Assembly: GCA_017436325.1 (NCBI GenBank) | Contig: JAFSDI010000017.1 | Location: 1-56,630, forward strand | Origin: Alphaproteobacteria bacterium | GTDB taxonomy: Bacteria > Pseudomonadota > Alphaproteobacteria > Rs-D84 | Reading direction: 5' to 3' | Length of the DNA: 56,630 nt | Part shown: one piece after another, positions 28,952 to 38,242 of the stretch | Numbering within the stretch: the first letter of the stretch is position 1 | Layout of the letters: each line of letters opens with the position of its first letter | Notes under the pieces: generated by a model | Told to the model about the DNA's origin: nothing | Database searches by the model: none | The model's input: only the letters and a program-made list of their open reading frames with translations | Made by a program: the position numbers and the translations under genes

Positions 28952-29243
28952 TTGATAAAGCACGTATTCTGTGATATAATTTATCGTGAAATCGCAGGGA
29001 TGCGCTTTCGGGGCCTTAGAAAAGCCTTTCAAGAATCCATATAAGCAAAACTTATATTGGAAATCCGCGCATAAATGGCGCGTTTTGCGCTTTTTTTTGT
29101 GCAATTTGCCCTGTGCAAAATATATTTTGTCGGGGTGCCGTCGGTTATACCACAGGGGCCCAGCGCCCCAAAGACCGATGGGATCGATATTCTTGACGAT
29201 TTTTCTAACACCCCGACCGCCTTGTATCCTGTGGCGGATTTTT
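28952..29243 (+). promoter_or_regulatory. structured leader RNA module, copy 1 of 4 (promoter + 5' hairpin domain + three-way-junction domain + terminator) upstream of the 29266-30597 operon
   Basis: The promoter is TTGATA (28952-57), a 17-nt spacer, then TATAAT (28975-80). The 5' domain has hairpins and ends in a GC hairpin plus T8 (29091-98). P1 pairs GUCGGGGUG (29129-37) with CACCCCGAC (29209-17). P2 pairs CCGUCGGU (29138-45) with ACCGAUGG (29174-81). The UAUACCACAG motif lies at 29146-55. The terminator is CCGCC-N11-GGCGG-AUUUUU (29217-43). Confidence 0.65.
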
Positions 29244-29265
29244 AATAAAAAAAAACAGGAATATT

Positions 29266-29556
29266 ATGAAATTTATTTTTTGTGGAATTTTATTGTTAAT
29301 ACCGCCGTTTACAGGTATGGCTGTCACACTTGCAGAAAAGCAGGCAATTGTTAATCAACTGAATCTGGAGATTCAGGAACTGGACAAACAACTGATAAAA
29401 TGCAAAAAAAATAAAACTGTTTGGCAGGCAACAACTGCCACCGGCAGCATCGGAAATATTCTGACAGGCATAGGTATCGTATCAAAAACAAAGCAATTAA
29501 AACAATTAAACGCAGATGCACAACAAAAAACAGAAGGTGAAGGCAATGAACAATAA
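29266..29556 (+). CDS. small exported coiled-coil protein, unknown family (paralogue of the next gene)
   Basis: An AGGA SD lies upstream. The signal peptide is MKFIFCGILLLIPPFTGMA. A coiled coil is followed by the Gly/Thr-rich hydrophobic segment TTATGSIGNILTGIGIV. Confidence 0.55.
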   Translation: MKFIFCGILLLIPPFTGMAVTLAEKQAIVNQLNLEIQELDKQLIKCKKNKTVWQATTATGSIGNILTGIGIVSKTKQLKQLNADAQQKTEGEGNEQ

Positions 29557-29947
29557 AAAATTTATGGCTATTCTTCTGTTACTTGTACCGACACCTACAA
29601 TCGCCACAGATATGGACGTGCAATATCAAATGCTGGATTTACAAATCGAAAAATTAACCGCAGAACGAAATTCAAAAAAGGAATTGTTACACGAATGCGA
29701 AAAGGCCACCAGAAAATTTAAAATCGCAGGCACAGCGACACTTACCGCAACCGGAATCGGCGCAATTGTAAACGATAATCTTAAGAAAAAAATCGAAAAT
29801 ATGAGTGCGAATAATTCTGGAAATCATAACAGTATCGCAAACCCAGCAAGTATGCCAAACGCAATCGAAACAAATTGCAAACAAGTATGCGATGGTGACC
29901 AATCTTGTATTAAAGAATGTATCGAATTCTATCAAAAAAACAACTAA
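29546..29947 (+). CDS. small exported coiled-coil protein, paralogue of 29266-29556
   Basis: The start was moved to the ATG at 29546, which has a GAAGGTGAAGG SD. The signal peptide is MNNKKFMAILLLLVPTPTIA. A coiled coil is followed by GTATLTATGIGAIVN (compare the upstream gene) and a Cys-containing tail (CKQVCDGDQSCIKEC). Confidence 0.55.
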   Translation: MNNKKFMAILLLLVPTPTIATDMDVQYQMLDLQIEKLTAERNSKKELLHECEKATRKFKIAGTATLTATGIGAIVNDNLKKKIENMSANNSGNHNSIANPASMPNAIETNCKQVCDGDQSCIKECIEFYQKNN

Positions 29948-29970
29948 AACAACAAAAAAAGGAGTAAAAT

Positions 29971-30597
29971 ATGAAAAAAACTTGTTTAATGACACTGACC
30001 GCAATAATCGGTCTGACACAAGCTGCCGATGCCGGATTTATTGCACAACAATGCCAAAAAAAGGTAGATGCAGGAACACACATTTTGCTGAATGCAAATA
30101 CAAATGACGAAAGATGTGTCCCTGTGAATGCATGTAATGATTTGGACTTCGCACCATATTACTGCAATCGCCTGTTCAAAAATATTCAGGTTTCTTCGGT
30201 GCGCGATGCAGAAGAATTGGTTAATATGTTTATAAAAAACAATATGAATATTTCCGAAGGATGTGCATTCAAAGAAACTAATGCGCGTGTTGTCGGTCAG
30301 GACTTTGTACGCTGTGTATTGCCAAATGATGGATATATCGAATTTGAATTCGATGATTTAAGTGAGAGCAATTCTGAAACATCAGAATATTCTTATTTGG
30401 TCGGACAATGCATCGCATATGGTGGCAATATTGACGAGAGAGCAACACAAGACAAACCACTTTTAGCACAGATACCTGTAAATAACGCAAGAAAAGTCCT
30501 TAGATGTCGCGATGTAACAAAAGCACAATGCGAAGAAATGTACAATGGATACGCGGGATATGTCGAAGCAGATAAAACCTGTGTTTATAATCGTTAA
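29971..30597 (+). CDS. exported Cys-containing protein, unknown family
   Basis: An AAAGGAG SD lies upstream. The signal peptide is MKKTCLMTLTAIIGLTQAADA. The mature protein has multiple Cys. It is the last gene of the operon, just before the terminator. Confidence 0.6.
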   Translation: MKKTCLMTLTAIIGLTQAADAGFIAQQCQKKVDAGTHILLNANTNDERCVPVNACNDLDFAPYYCNRLFKNIQVSSVRDAEELVNMFIKNNMNISEGCAFKETNARVVGQDFVRCVLPNDGYIEFEFDDLSESNSETSEYSYLVGQCIAYGGNIDERATQDKPLLAQIPVNNARKVLRCRDVTKAQCEEMYNGYAGYVEADKTCVYNR

Positions 30598-30624
30598 AAA
30601 AACTGCCCATTGGGCAGTTTTTTT
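30598..30624. terminator. bidirectional terminator between convergent genes
   Basis: AACTGCCCA-T-TGGGCAGTT is flanked by A7 and T7 runs and lies between the stops at 30597 (+) and 30623 (-). Confidence 0.75.
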
Positions 30625-32605
30625 ACCATAACTTTACACGATTTTCCGGTGATAAATATAATTTATCATTGGCGGTGATACCAAATGCATCATACCACGC
30701 GTTAATATGTGGCAAAATTCCATTGACACGATTCTTGCCCAACGAATGTTCATCAATCTTGGTCAGACGCAATTCTTCGTCTGGTCTGATGTTTTGCCCC
30801 CACACACCAGCATACGCAACAAAGAAACGCATATCTGATGTCAGATTTCCAACCGTTTCAGATGCGTCACCGTACTTTTTGTACGCATCAAATGCAATCG
30901 TAACACCACCATAATCCGCCAGATTTTCACCCAGTGTAAATTCACCATTTGCATTTACTTCATTATTTATTTTTATCTTGTTAAAGAAATCCTTCATAAC
31001 ACTGGCACGTTCGTCAAAACCACGCGCATCATCCGCAGTCCACCAGTCTTTCATATTACCATCTTTATCAAAATGACGACCAGAATCATCAAAACCGTGC
31101 GTCATTTCATGACCAATAACCGCACCAATAGCACCATAGTTAAAAGCATCATCTGCAGACATATCAAAGAATGGATACTGCAAAATTCCCGCAGGAAAAC
31201 AAATTTCATTCGTTGATGGGTCATAATATGCATTCACTTCGTGTGCATTCATATACCAGATATTCGGATCTTTTTCTTTGCCAATTTTTTCAATCCAAAA
31301 TGCGTCTTCGAATTCGGAAACACGTATCATATTTTCCCACAAAGAATCGTCCTTGATTTCTAATTTCGAATAATCACGCCAACGATCAGGAAATCCGATT
31401 TTCGCACGAAATGTAGATAATTTTTCCAGTGCTTTTGATTTTGTTTCATCAGACATCCAATCCAGATTTTCAATCCTGTCACCGTATGCACGTTGCAGAT
31501 TCTTTACCAATGTTTGCATACGTTTTTTTGCATCGCCCGAAAAATATTTTTCAACATACAGACGACCAACTTCTTCACCCAAAGAATCATCAATTAATGC
31601 AACAGCACGTTTCCAGCGTGGCTTTTGTTCTTTTTGACCCGCCATAGTGCGATTGTAAAAATCAAATGCAATGTCATATGTTTTATCATCCAGTAATGTA
31701 TCCGCAGTGCTGACAATTCTGTATTTCAAATACGTCTTGATTAATTCAAAATCAGTATCGTTCATAATCGCAATCGATTCTGTTATTGCTTCTGGTTGAC
31801 CAATATTTATGAAATTCGCCGCACTGGCACCGCGCGCAGATAAAAACGCATCCCAATCAAAGCCAGAAAATTTTTCTTTGATTTCTGCAAGACTCATTTT
31901 GTGATAATTCGCATGCGGGTCACGTAATTTTTCTTTTGGATAAAAGGATTTTGCCATACGCGATTCTAATGCATATAATTTTTCAACATCACCTGATATG
32001 CCAAAGTTTTCTAATTGTCGTGCCATAAAATCTTTGTACTTTTTTCTGATTTCAACTGACTTAGCATCTGTATCAAAATAATAGTCACGCGACAACCCCA
32101 AGCCACCTTGGCCAATATTATACAAAAAGTGTTCGCTATCCATTTCATCCAGCGCAACACCGTCACCCCAAAACGCAGATGAAAATCTGTGCAGTTTACC
32201 TAAATATTTTTCTAAATCAGCGCGGGATAATTTATCAATTTCTGCAATTTGTGGCGCAACAGGTTTTGTGCCATCTGAATTTAATTTTTCTGCATCCATC
32301 GCAATTTTATAAAGCATACCAATCTTGCCAGAATCCTGTTGTGCGATTTCGCGTGTGCGTTGCAGGTTTGTATCACGCAATACATCAAATGCACCATAAC
32401 GCGAATAATCGTCAGGAATTGGATTTTTCTGTTGCCAACCATTAGTCGCATAATTATAAAAATCATCGCCTGCATTAAATTCAGTATTCATATTTTCTAG
32501 TTTTATCCCAGCATTCACTAACTTCTCCTTTTGTATATTGTGTGCCCATACAATTGCAGCAATTACTGCAACAATTCCAATTATGTTCCAAATTTTGCTT
32601 CTCAT
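30623..32605 (-). CDS. M13-family zinc metallopeptidase (neprilysin/PepO-like), membrane-anchored
   Basis: The N-terminal anchor is IWNIIGIVAVIAAIVWA. The HExxH motif is VIGHEMTHGFD, and the downstream motifs NAYY and ...GENLADYGG (the E ligand) are typical of M13 peptidases. Confidence 0.85.
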   Translation of the reverse strand: MRSKIWNIIGIVAVIAAIVWAHNIQKEKLVNAGIKLENMNTEFNAGDDFYNYATNGWQQKNPIPDDYSRYGAFDVLRDTNLQRTREIAQQDSGKIGMLYKIAMDAEKLNSDGTKPVAPQIAEIDKLSRADLEKYLGKLHRFSSAFWGDGVALDEMDSEHFLYNIGQGGLGLSRDYYFDTDAKSVEIRKKYKDFMARQLENFGISGDVEKLYALESRMAKSFYPKEKLRDPHANYHKMSLAEIKEKFSGFDWDAFLSARGASAANFINIGQPEAITESIAIMNDTDFELIKTYLKYRIVSTADTLLDDKTYDIAFDFYNRTMAGQKEQKPRWKRAVALIDDSLGEEVGRLYVEKYFSGDAKKRMQTLVKNLQRAYGDRIENLDWMSDETKSKALEKLSTFRAKIGFPDRWRDYSKLEIKDDSLWENMIRVSEFEDAFWIEKIGKEKDPNIWYMNAHEVNAYYDPSTNEICFPAGILQYPFFDMSADDAFNYGAIGAVIGHEMTHGFDDSGRHFDKDGNMKDWWTADDARGFDERASVMKDFFNKIKINNEVNANGEFTLGENLADYGGVTIAFDAYKKYGDASETVGNLTSDMRFFVAYAGVWGQNIRPDEELRLTKIDEHSLGKNRVNGILPHINAWYDAFGITANDKLYLSPENRVKLW

Positions 32606-32609
32606 ATCT

Positions 32610-33668
32610 TTATTTCACCAGTTTTGTTATTACATTGTCCAGTATCAATAAACCGCGTGCAGTTGCATAAATTCGGTTATCTGAAACCTGAACATATTCG
32701 GGGTGAGCGTTCACCCAATCTATATCAATAACGTTTTTTACGTCCTGTGTCAATCGACAACCACAAACAGTTCGCATTCCTGTTAATATTTTTTCAATTG
32801 CACGCTGGCCGTCCGACAAAGGATTAAACATTCCGCCGCCACCAGACTGTTCATACCAAACGCCGTCTAATAAAATACGACCCGCGGCACCTTGGCCTAT
32901 ACCAATATATGCACCGCCATCCCAGATATTTTCATTGTGACGACAATGACTATCAAATAATGCGTAATTTGAAACTTCATATCGTGGCAGATTCAAGTAA
33001 TCTGAAATCGCAAGGTACATATTTGCCATTTCTTCATTTTTTGGCATATCAAGATTCATTTTGCCAAATGGCGTATCTTTTTCAATGGTTAATTCATATA
33101 AAGAACAATGCGTCAGACCAATTGTATTTATTTGTTTACACATCTTTGTAATACTTTCCACAGTATCACCAGGTATACCATAAATAAAATCCGCAGAAAC
33201 ACGCATACCAAAATCCATCGCAACATTCAATAATTCAAATGCATCACGCGCAGTATGCGTTCGTCCTAAAAACTGTAATTCATTGTCGTCTAATCTTTGC
33301 ACACCAACAGACAGACGATTAAAACCCATTTGTTGCAAGGCTGATAACTTATCCTTGTCAATAGTTGCAGGATTAGCTTCTAGGGTGATTTCTGCACCAT
33401 CTGGGATAATAAAATATTTTTTTAACGCCGATATAATTCGCAACATATTTACCTGAGGAACCAAAGACGGTGTACCACCACCAAAAAATACCGTTGGTAC
33501 AAGAACTTTGCCCAACTTTTGTCCAAAATATGCAATTTCATCACAAATACTTTCAGTATATCTGTCCCAATCCGGACATGGACACGGACGTGAAAAAAAT
33601 GCGCAATATTTGCACTTTGATTTACAAAAAGGAACATGTATATAAATATTATGTGCGCACTGTTTCAT
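32610..33668 (-). CDS. hemW: radical-SAM heme chaperone HemW (HemN-like, oxygen-independent coproporphyrinogen oxidase family)
   Basis: The motifs IYIHVPFCKSKCKYCAF (CxxxCxxC) and ...FFGGGTPS are present. A size of 352 aa fits HemW rather than HemN. Confidence 0.8.
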   Translation of the reverse strand: MKQCAHNIYIHVPFCKSKCKYCAFFSRPCPCPDWDRYTESICDEIAYFGQKLGKVLVPTVFFGGGTPSLVPQVNMLRIISALKKYFIIPDGAEITLEANPATIDKDKLSALQQMGFNRLSVGVQRLDDNELQFLGRTHTARDAFELLNVAMDFGMRVSADFIYGIPGDTVESITKMCKQINTIGLTHCSLYELTIEKDTPFGKMNLDMPKNEEMANMYLAISDYLNLPRYEVSNYALFDSHCRHNENIWDGGAYIGIGQGAAGRILLDGVWYEQSGGGGMFNPLSDGQRAIEKILTGMRTVCGCRLTQDVKNVIDIDWVNAHPEYVQVSDNRIYATARGLLILDNVITKLVK

Positions 33669-33769
33669 AATGTCTTTATTTTACATTCTGAATTCTTTCA
33701 AGCAAGGTTTAAATTAAAATACTTTTATGAATTAAATTTTTATGTTATAATATGCATAACATATATACG

Positions 33770-35287
33770 ATGAAGGTAAGGATATTTTCTTTTTTAACAG
33801 GGATTTTTGCGCCATTGGCGGTGTTTGCCGCGAATGAGGGTGTGCCTTCGTACTATCAAATATCTGCTGTACCAAACTCTAATCAGGCATCGTACGGAAA
33901 ATACGCAGACCAAGGCTATACAAAATATGTCGGACATTCTGGTAATAAACAGGTCGTTGGTTCACGAACATATTCTTATCAGGTTCCGCGCCCACAGTTA
34001 CCTACTTTTACCGGCACGATGACACCGAATGGTATTGCAATGCCAATGGCGACAGAGCCAAAAACATATATTTGGGCAGAATATGTACGCCGATTTTCTG
34101 ACTTTGAATTTGAAACAGGGGTTAATTCTATATTAGAATGGGATGACATGATTTGGAATGAAATTCAGGTCGGTGCGCGTCATAATTTCAGCCTGCGTGA
34201 TTTTGATTTGTCTGTATTTGGTCAATATGCATATGGAACAATGTCACATGGCGGGCTATCTATGGACTATGACCTGAAACCATTTGATACATCCTATCCA
34301 GAATACGGTATATTTACAATTTCTATGGGCGACCAGTCGGGGCGCAGCAATCATTTTAAACTGGGCATATCTGCACATCATATCTGGGATATAGGTGGGT
34401 GGAAATTGTCACCAACCTTTGGATACGAGATTTTTAAACATAACCTAGAAATGGCAAATCATTATTATCCAAATCCTGGGGTGTATCTGCCACTGATGAC
34501 AGACCAAGGTTTTTATGTATATGGTAATGAACTGGGCGAATTCTTTTCTGTACCAGTTGGTGCAACACCGCCAGAGGACTGGTATCAAGTATGTATGTCG
34601 CCAGAAGATATCAAAGTTGTTACAAATACCCCAAGCGGTTCAAGTATTGACGGATTCCCATATCTGGGCGATGAATTGATGACTGGTGATTATCAAATTT
34701 CAATGGGAACTATTCCGTGGGGGGTCGATTCTGGCGAATGCGTTATTATCGGTGGCGATGGCCCTGTGATTGTAGAAGGCACTACACACATATATAATAC
34801 AACCTGGTCAGGTTTCTATGTCGGATTAGAAATAGAAAAACAAATGACATTGAAAGACAAACTGCGTATCTATATGCAATTTGGATTACCAAACTATTCG
34901 TCCGAAGGCATTTGGCCAAACCGTACAGACTGGCAACAAAACCCAAGCTTTTTAGACGAAGGAAATAACGGCGCTTATTCATATACAGCAGAAATGGAAT
35001 ATAATTATAAATTGTCCGAACGTCTGCAGTTGGCACTAAAAGTAGATATGAACCTGTTCCATGTTGGAAATATCCCTGGGGAATTATATGTCGCAGAATA
35101 CAGCCAATATGTAATCGATGAAAACGGCCAATATGTTATGCAAGAAATTATTGACGATTATGGTAATATATATTACGTACCATTGCTGGAAACTGTTCCT
35201 GCACATACCGAGTATGTCGCAGATTCTTTAAAGCGTGCAACCTGGCAATCATTTGGTTTGCATCTGGGCTTTAAATACGCATTTTAA
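33770..35287 (+). CDS. large outer-membrane beta-barrel protein, unknown family
   Basis: The signal peptide is MKVRIFSFLTGIFAPLAVFAA (ATG at 33770; the track start at 33752 is also possible). The protein is aromatic-rich and ends in ...LHLGFKYAF. Confidence 0.6.
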   Translation: MKVRIFSFLTGIFAPLAVFAANEGVPSYYQISAVPNSNQASYGKYADQGYTKYVGHSGNKQVVGSRTYSYQVPRPQLPTFTGTMTPNGIAMPMATEPKTYIWAEYVRRFSDFEFETGVNSILEWDDMIWNEIQVGARHNFSLRDFDLSVFGQYAYGTMSHGGLSMDYDLKPFDTSYPEYGIFTISMGDQSGRSNHFKLGISAHHIWDIGGWKLSPTFGYEIFKHNLEMANHYYPNPGVYLPLMTDQGFYVYGNELGEFFSVPVGATPPEDWYQVCMSPEDIKVVTNTPSGSSIDGFPYLGDELMTGDYQISMGTIPWGVDSGECVIIGGDGPVIVEGTTHIYNTTWSGFYVGLEIEKQMTLKDKLRIYMQFGLPNYSSEGIWPNRTDWQQNPSFLDEGNNGAYSYTAEMEYNYKLSERLQLALKVDMNLFHVGNIPGELYVAEYSQYVIDENGQYVMQEIIDDYGNIYYVPLLETVPAHTEYVADSLKRATWQSFGLHLGFKYAF

Positions 35288-35303
35288 ACTTTAAGGATAT
35301 TTG

Positions 35304-36350
35304 ATGATAAGACAAGGTTTTTTGTGGCTGATTGTCGCAATGTTTTTTACACCAATAGACGCGTTCGCACAACGTGGGTCTTTTGATGTCGATCGTTGGT
35401 ACAGTATACTGGATAATCTGCGTTCCCGCGCAATAAATGAAAATATTTCAGATGATGTTATAAACGATGTATTACGCACACCTGCATTTATCCCATCTAT
35501 AGTCAAAAGTGATAAAAATCAAGCAGAATTTAAGTTGACTCTGAACGGATATCTGGATAAAACCGTCAGCAAAGGCCGTATATCAAGCGGAAAAAAAATG
35601 CGCGCAAAATACCCAACTATGCTGGCAAATATAGAACAAAAATATGGTGTTCCCGGGCATATTATGTTGGCTTTTTGGGGGCTGGAATCAAACTATGGCG
35701 CTGTTAAATCGCGGCATAAATTAACAGACGCTTTTTTAACACTGATGTATGATGGTCGGCGCGAAACTTTCTTTTCAAACCAATTAATTGCACTGATGAA
35801 AATTGCAGATGATAATAATTTAGACATCACAAATATTCGTGGTTCTTGGGCGGGCGCAATGGGACACTTTCAGTTTATTCCAACAACCTTGGCGCAATAT
35901 GGGGCGGATGGTAATGGCGATGGTCGTATAGATATTATAAATAACATTAGTGATGCAATGCATAGCGCAGGTAACTATCTGAATAAATTAGGCTGGGATA
36001 AAAATGAACGTATCGTTAGACGCGTTGTTTTGCCTGCTGATTTTGATGTGAATTTACTGGATGGAAAAACAAAATTTTCTTTGCCAGAATGGTCCGCCTT
36101 AGGTGTGACTAATCCAGACGGTTCGACAATCCCACAAACTAAAATGATTGCAGGACTGGTTGCAGATGTAGCAGAAATAAAAGCACAACGCGCCAATTCA
36201 AGTGATGCAAATTCACCCGATACTGACATCGCACCAATGCCTGTTATAACAGCATATCTGACGTATCCGAATTTTTATCGTATTAAAAAATGGAACAATT
36301 CAAACTGGTATGCTATTGCAATTGCAAACCTGGCAGATAATCTGCACTAA
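35304..36350 (+). CDS. lytic murein transglycosylase (MltB/SLT_2 family)
   Basis: An AAGGA SD lies 6 nt upstream of the ATG at 35304 (the track ORF starts at a TTG at 35301). A signal peptide is present. The motifs are FWGLESNYG (catalytic Glu) and GAMGHFQFIPTT. Confidence 0.75.
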   Translation: MIRQGFLWLIVAMFFTPIDAFAQRGSFDVDRWYSILDNLRSRAINENISDDVINDVLRTPAFIPSIVKSDKNQAEFKLTLNGYLDKTVSKGRISSGKKMRAKYPTMLANIEQKYGVPGHIMLAFWGLESNYGAVKSRHKLTDAFLTLMYDGRRETFFSNQLIALMKIADDNNLDITNIRGSWAGAMGHFQFIPTTLAQYGADGNGDGRIDIINNISDAMHSAGNYLNKLGWDKNERIVRRVVLPADFDVNLLDGKTKFSLPEWSALGVTNPDGSTIPQTKMIAGLVADVAEIKAQRANSSDANSPDTDIAPMPVITAYLTYPNFYRIKKWNNSNWYAIAIANLADNLH

Positions 36351-36420
36351 AAAAATAAAACTATTGAAACACTTGATTTTGTTTGGTATTCTTTCCTGTA
36401 TAGAAACCTAAGGATTATTT

Positions 36421-37389
36421 ATGACAATCAAAGTTCGCGATTTCGAAGTGCGCCTGACCCGTAATAAAGATGAACGCAGACAAGTACGACAGTTGCGATA
36501 TGAAGTATTCGTAGAAGAAGAAGGCGCAGCCGCCACCGAAGAACAACGCGCACTGCGTGAAGAATATGATTCTTATGACAGATTTGCAGAATATATGGCT
36601 GTATTCCACAACGGTCGTGTCGTTGGAACATATCGAATAATCGATCGCAAGGCGGCTGAAAAAATGGACGGTTTTTATACCGAAAGTGAATATAATATCT
36701 CTAAGATAAAAAAATATCGTGGTAATATCGCAGAAATGTCACGTGCCTGTGTCGAAAAATCTTATCGCGATAATGGACTGGTGATGCGATTGTTATGGGC
36801 GGGTTTGGGCGAAATGATTGTCCGCAGAAAAATTGGTATCGTTTTTGGTGTTGCATCTTTTGTAGGCAAGAATCCTGCGCGCTCTGCCCAGGCAATATCA
36901 TATTTATACTATAATCATTTGACACCGTCACGTTTGCGTGCAACAGTTTTACCAGAAAAATTCGCAGATGGTGTAAATCCAAAACTTGGGCGAATGAATA
37001 TCCTGCCACGTGAATTCGTAGACGAGGCTGATGCGCGCGCTGAAATGACCCCGCTAATCAAGGGATATTTGCGTTTGGGCGCAACATTTGGCCGTGGTGT
37101 ATTTATTGATGCGCCGTTTAATACGTATGATGTGTTTGTAATGCTGGAAACACGCAAGATGAATGCAACATATCAAAAACATTTCTTGGGCCGTGAAAAT
37201 GCACTGGGGACACCAGATGATGACAAAGAAAATATTATTCGCACAGTCGGCAAGATTATGACATTCCCTGTTGTCGGGCCTTTCAAAATCTTACGCGCAG
37301 CCGTTGATTTCTTGCTGCGTGAAGATGCCGCAGATGCAGAATATATCGAAGATGCTGAACGCACCGATATAGATGAAAAAGAAGAATAA
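36421..37389 (+). CDS. olsB: ornithine-lipid N-acyltransferase OlsB-like (GNAT/hemolysin-like)
   Basis: The N-terminal sequence ...RQLRYEVFVEEEGA... and ...AEMSRACV are as in the acyl-ACP-dependent GNAT family. The gene is followed 6 nt later by a PlsC-type acyltransferase, the olsB-olsA arrangement. Confidence 0.6.
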   Translation: MTIKVRDFEVRLTRNKDERRQVRQLRYEVFVEEEGAAATEEQRALREEYDSYDRFAEYMAVFHNGRVVGTYRIIDRKAAEKMDGFYTESEYNISKIKKYRGNIAEMSRACVEKSYRDNGLVMRLLWAGLGEMIVRRKIGIVFGVASFVGKNPARSAQAISYLYYNHLTPSRLRATVLPEKFADGVNPKLGRMNILPREFVDEADARAEMTPLIKGYLRLGATFGRGVFIDAPFNTYDVFVMLETRKMNATYQKHFLGRENALGTPDDDKENIIRTVGKIMTFPVVGPFKILRAAVDFLLREDAADAEYIEDAERTDIDEKEE

Positions 37390-37395
37390 AAACAA

Positions 37396-38214
37396 ATGGC
37401 AAAACTACGTAAACAAAATATTTTTAATACAACAACTGCAACAATCAAATTCGTTTTGTTTTGGATAATGGTCGTTATTCAAGTGCCATTGTTGATTATT
37501 CTGCCACGCCGCACAGCAGTACGATATATGCCAATTTTTATGTGGTTTTTGATAAAACTGGCCGGAATCAAAATTGTTGTTCACGGGCAGGTATCAAAAA
37601 AACGCCCTTTGATGATTGTATCAAATCATATATCTGTATTTGAATTGGCGACTTTTCCATGCGTATTTAAGGGCAGTTTTATCGCAAAAAAAGAAATGGA
37701 AAATTGGCCTTTGGTTGGTTGGGTTGCAAAAAAATTTGGTGTAATATTTGTTGATCGCCGCCCATCGCACGCGCGGGACGCGCTGGCTGTGGTACAACAG
37801 GCGGTTCAAAATGTCCAATACCCAATGATTTTATTTCCCGAAGGCACAACAACAAACGGCGCGTATGTAAAGCCATTTAAAAGCACACTGTTTAATTTTG
37901 TCGAAAATTCAAACATAACGGTTCAACCGGTTGCAATGCATTATCGCTATAAAGATGGCAGTGTTATTGACGAACAAACAATGGCAGACCATTTTGCATA
38001 CTTTGATAACTCCAAGATGGATATGGGCCCACACTGCAAACGTGAACGCAGTGCATTTGGTCAAGTGTTTCACATAATGATGCTGGGTGGTTTTACTGTT
38101 GAAATCACAATGTTGCCACCGCCCCCCCTGATGGGGTTAGATAGAAAGCAGATTGCCGAAGTTCTGCAACAACAAGTTTCGGCAAAATATATGGAACTAA
38201 AAGATAAAAAATAA
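37396..38214 (+). CDS. olsA: lyso-ornithine lipid O-acyltransferase OlsA-like (PlsC family)
   Basis: The acyltransferase motifs are NHISVFE (NHxxxxD/E) and FPEGTTTNG. A TM anchor is present at the N-terminus. Confidence 0.6.
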   Translation: MAKLRKQNIFNTTTATIKFVLFWIMVVIQVPLLIILPRRTAVRYMPIFMWFLIKLAGIKIVVHGQVSKKRPLMIVSNHISVFELATFPCVFKGSFIAKKEMENWPLVGWVAKKFGVIFVDRRPSHARDALAVVQQAVQNVQYPMILFPEGTTTNGAYVKPFKSTLFNFVENSNITVQPVAMHYRYKDGSVIDEQTMADHFAYFDNSKMDMGPHCKRERSAFGQVFHIMMLGGFTVEITMLPPPPLMGLDRKQIAEVLQQQVSAKYMELKDKK

Positions 38215-38242
38215 GATTTAATAAATAAAAGAGAATACAGAA

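Noticed and set aside
28999-29020. Possible leader peptide at the conserved GGAUG of the leader family (MRFRGL* in copy 1; a 22-codon ORF at about 56286 in copy 2)
   Set aside because: The length and sequence are not conserved between copies, copies 3 and 4 have no ATG at that position, and there is no SD. The conserved GGAUG is therefore more likely structural.
28877-29265. Expected 6S RNA (ssrS) downstream of zapA
   Set aside because: zapA-ssrS linkage is common, so I looked for a ~180-nt rod with a central bubble. The interval is instead occupied by copy 1 of the repeated leader family. The 5' and 3' ends can pair in copy 1, but this is not conserved in the other copies. I cannot support a 6S call; a cmsearch with the Rfam 6S model would settle it.
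28986-29354. 122-aa plus-strand ORF spanning the leader RNA and the start of the 29266 gene
   Set aside because: It runs through two terminator-like hairpins and the promoter-proximal structured region, and has no SD. The region is better explained as RNA.
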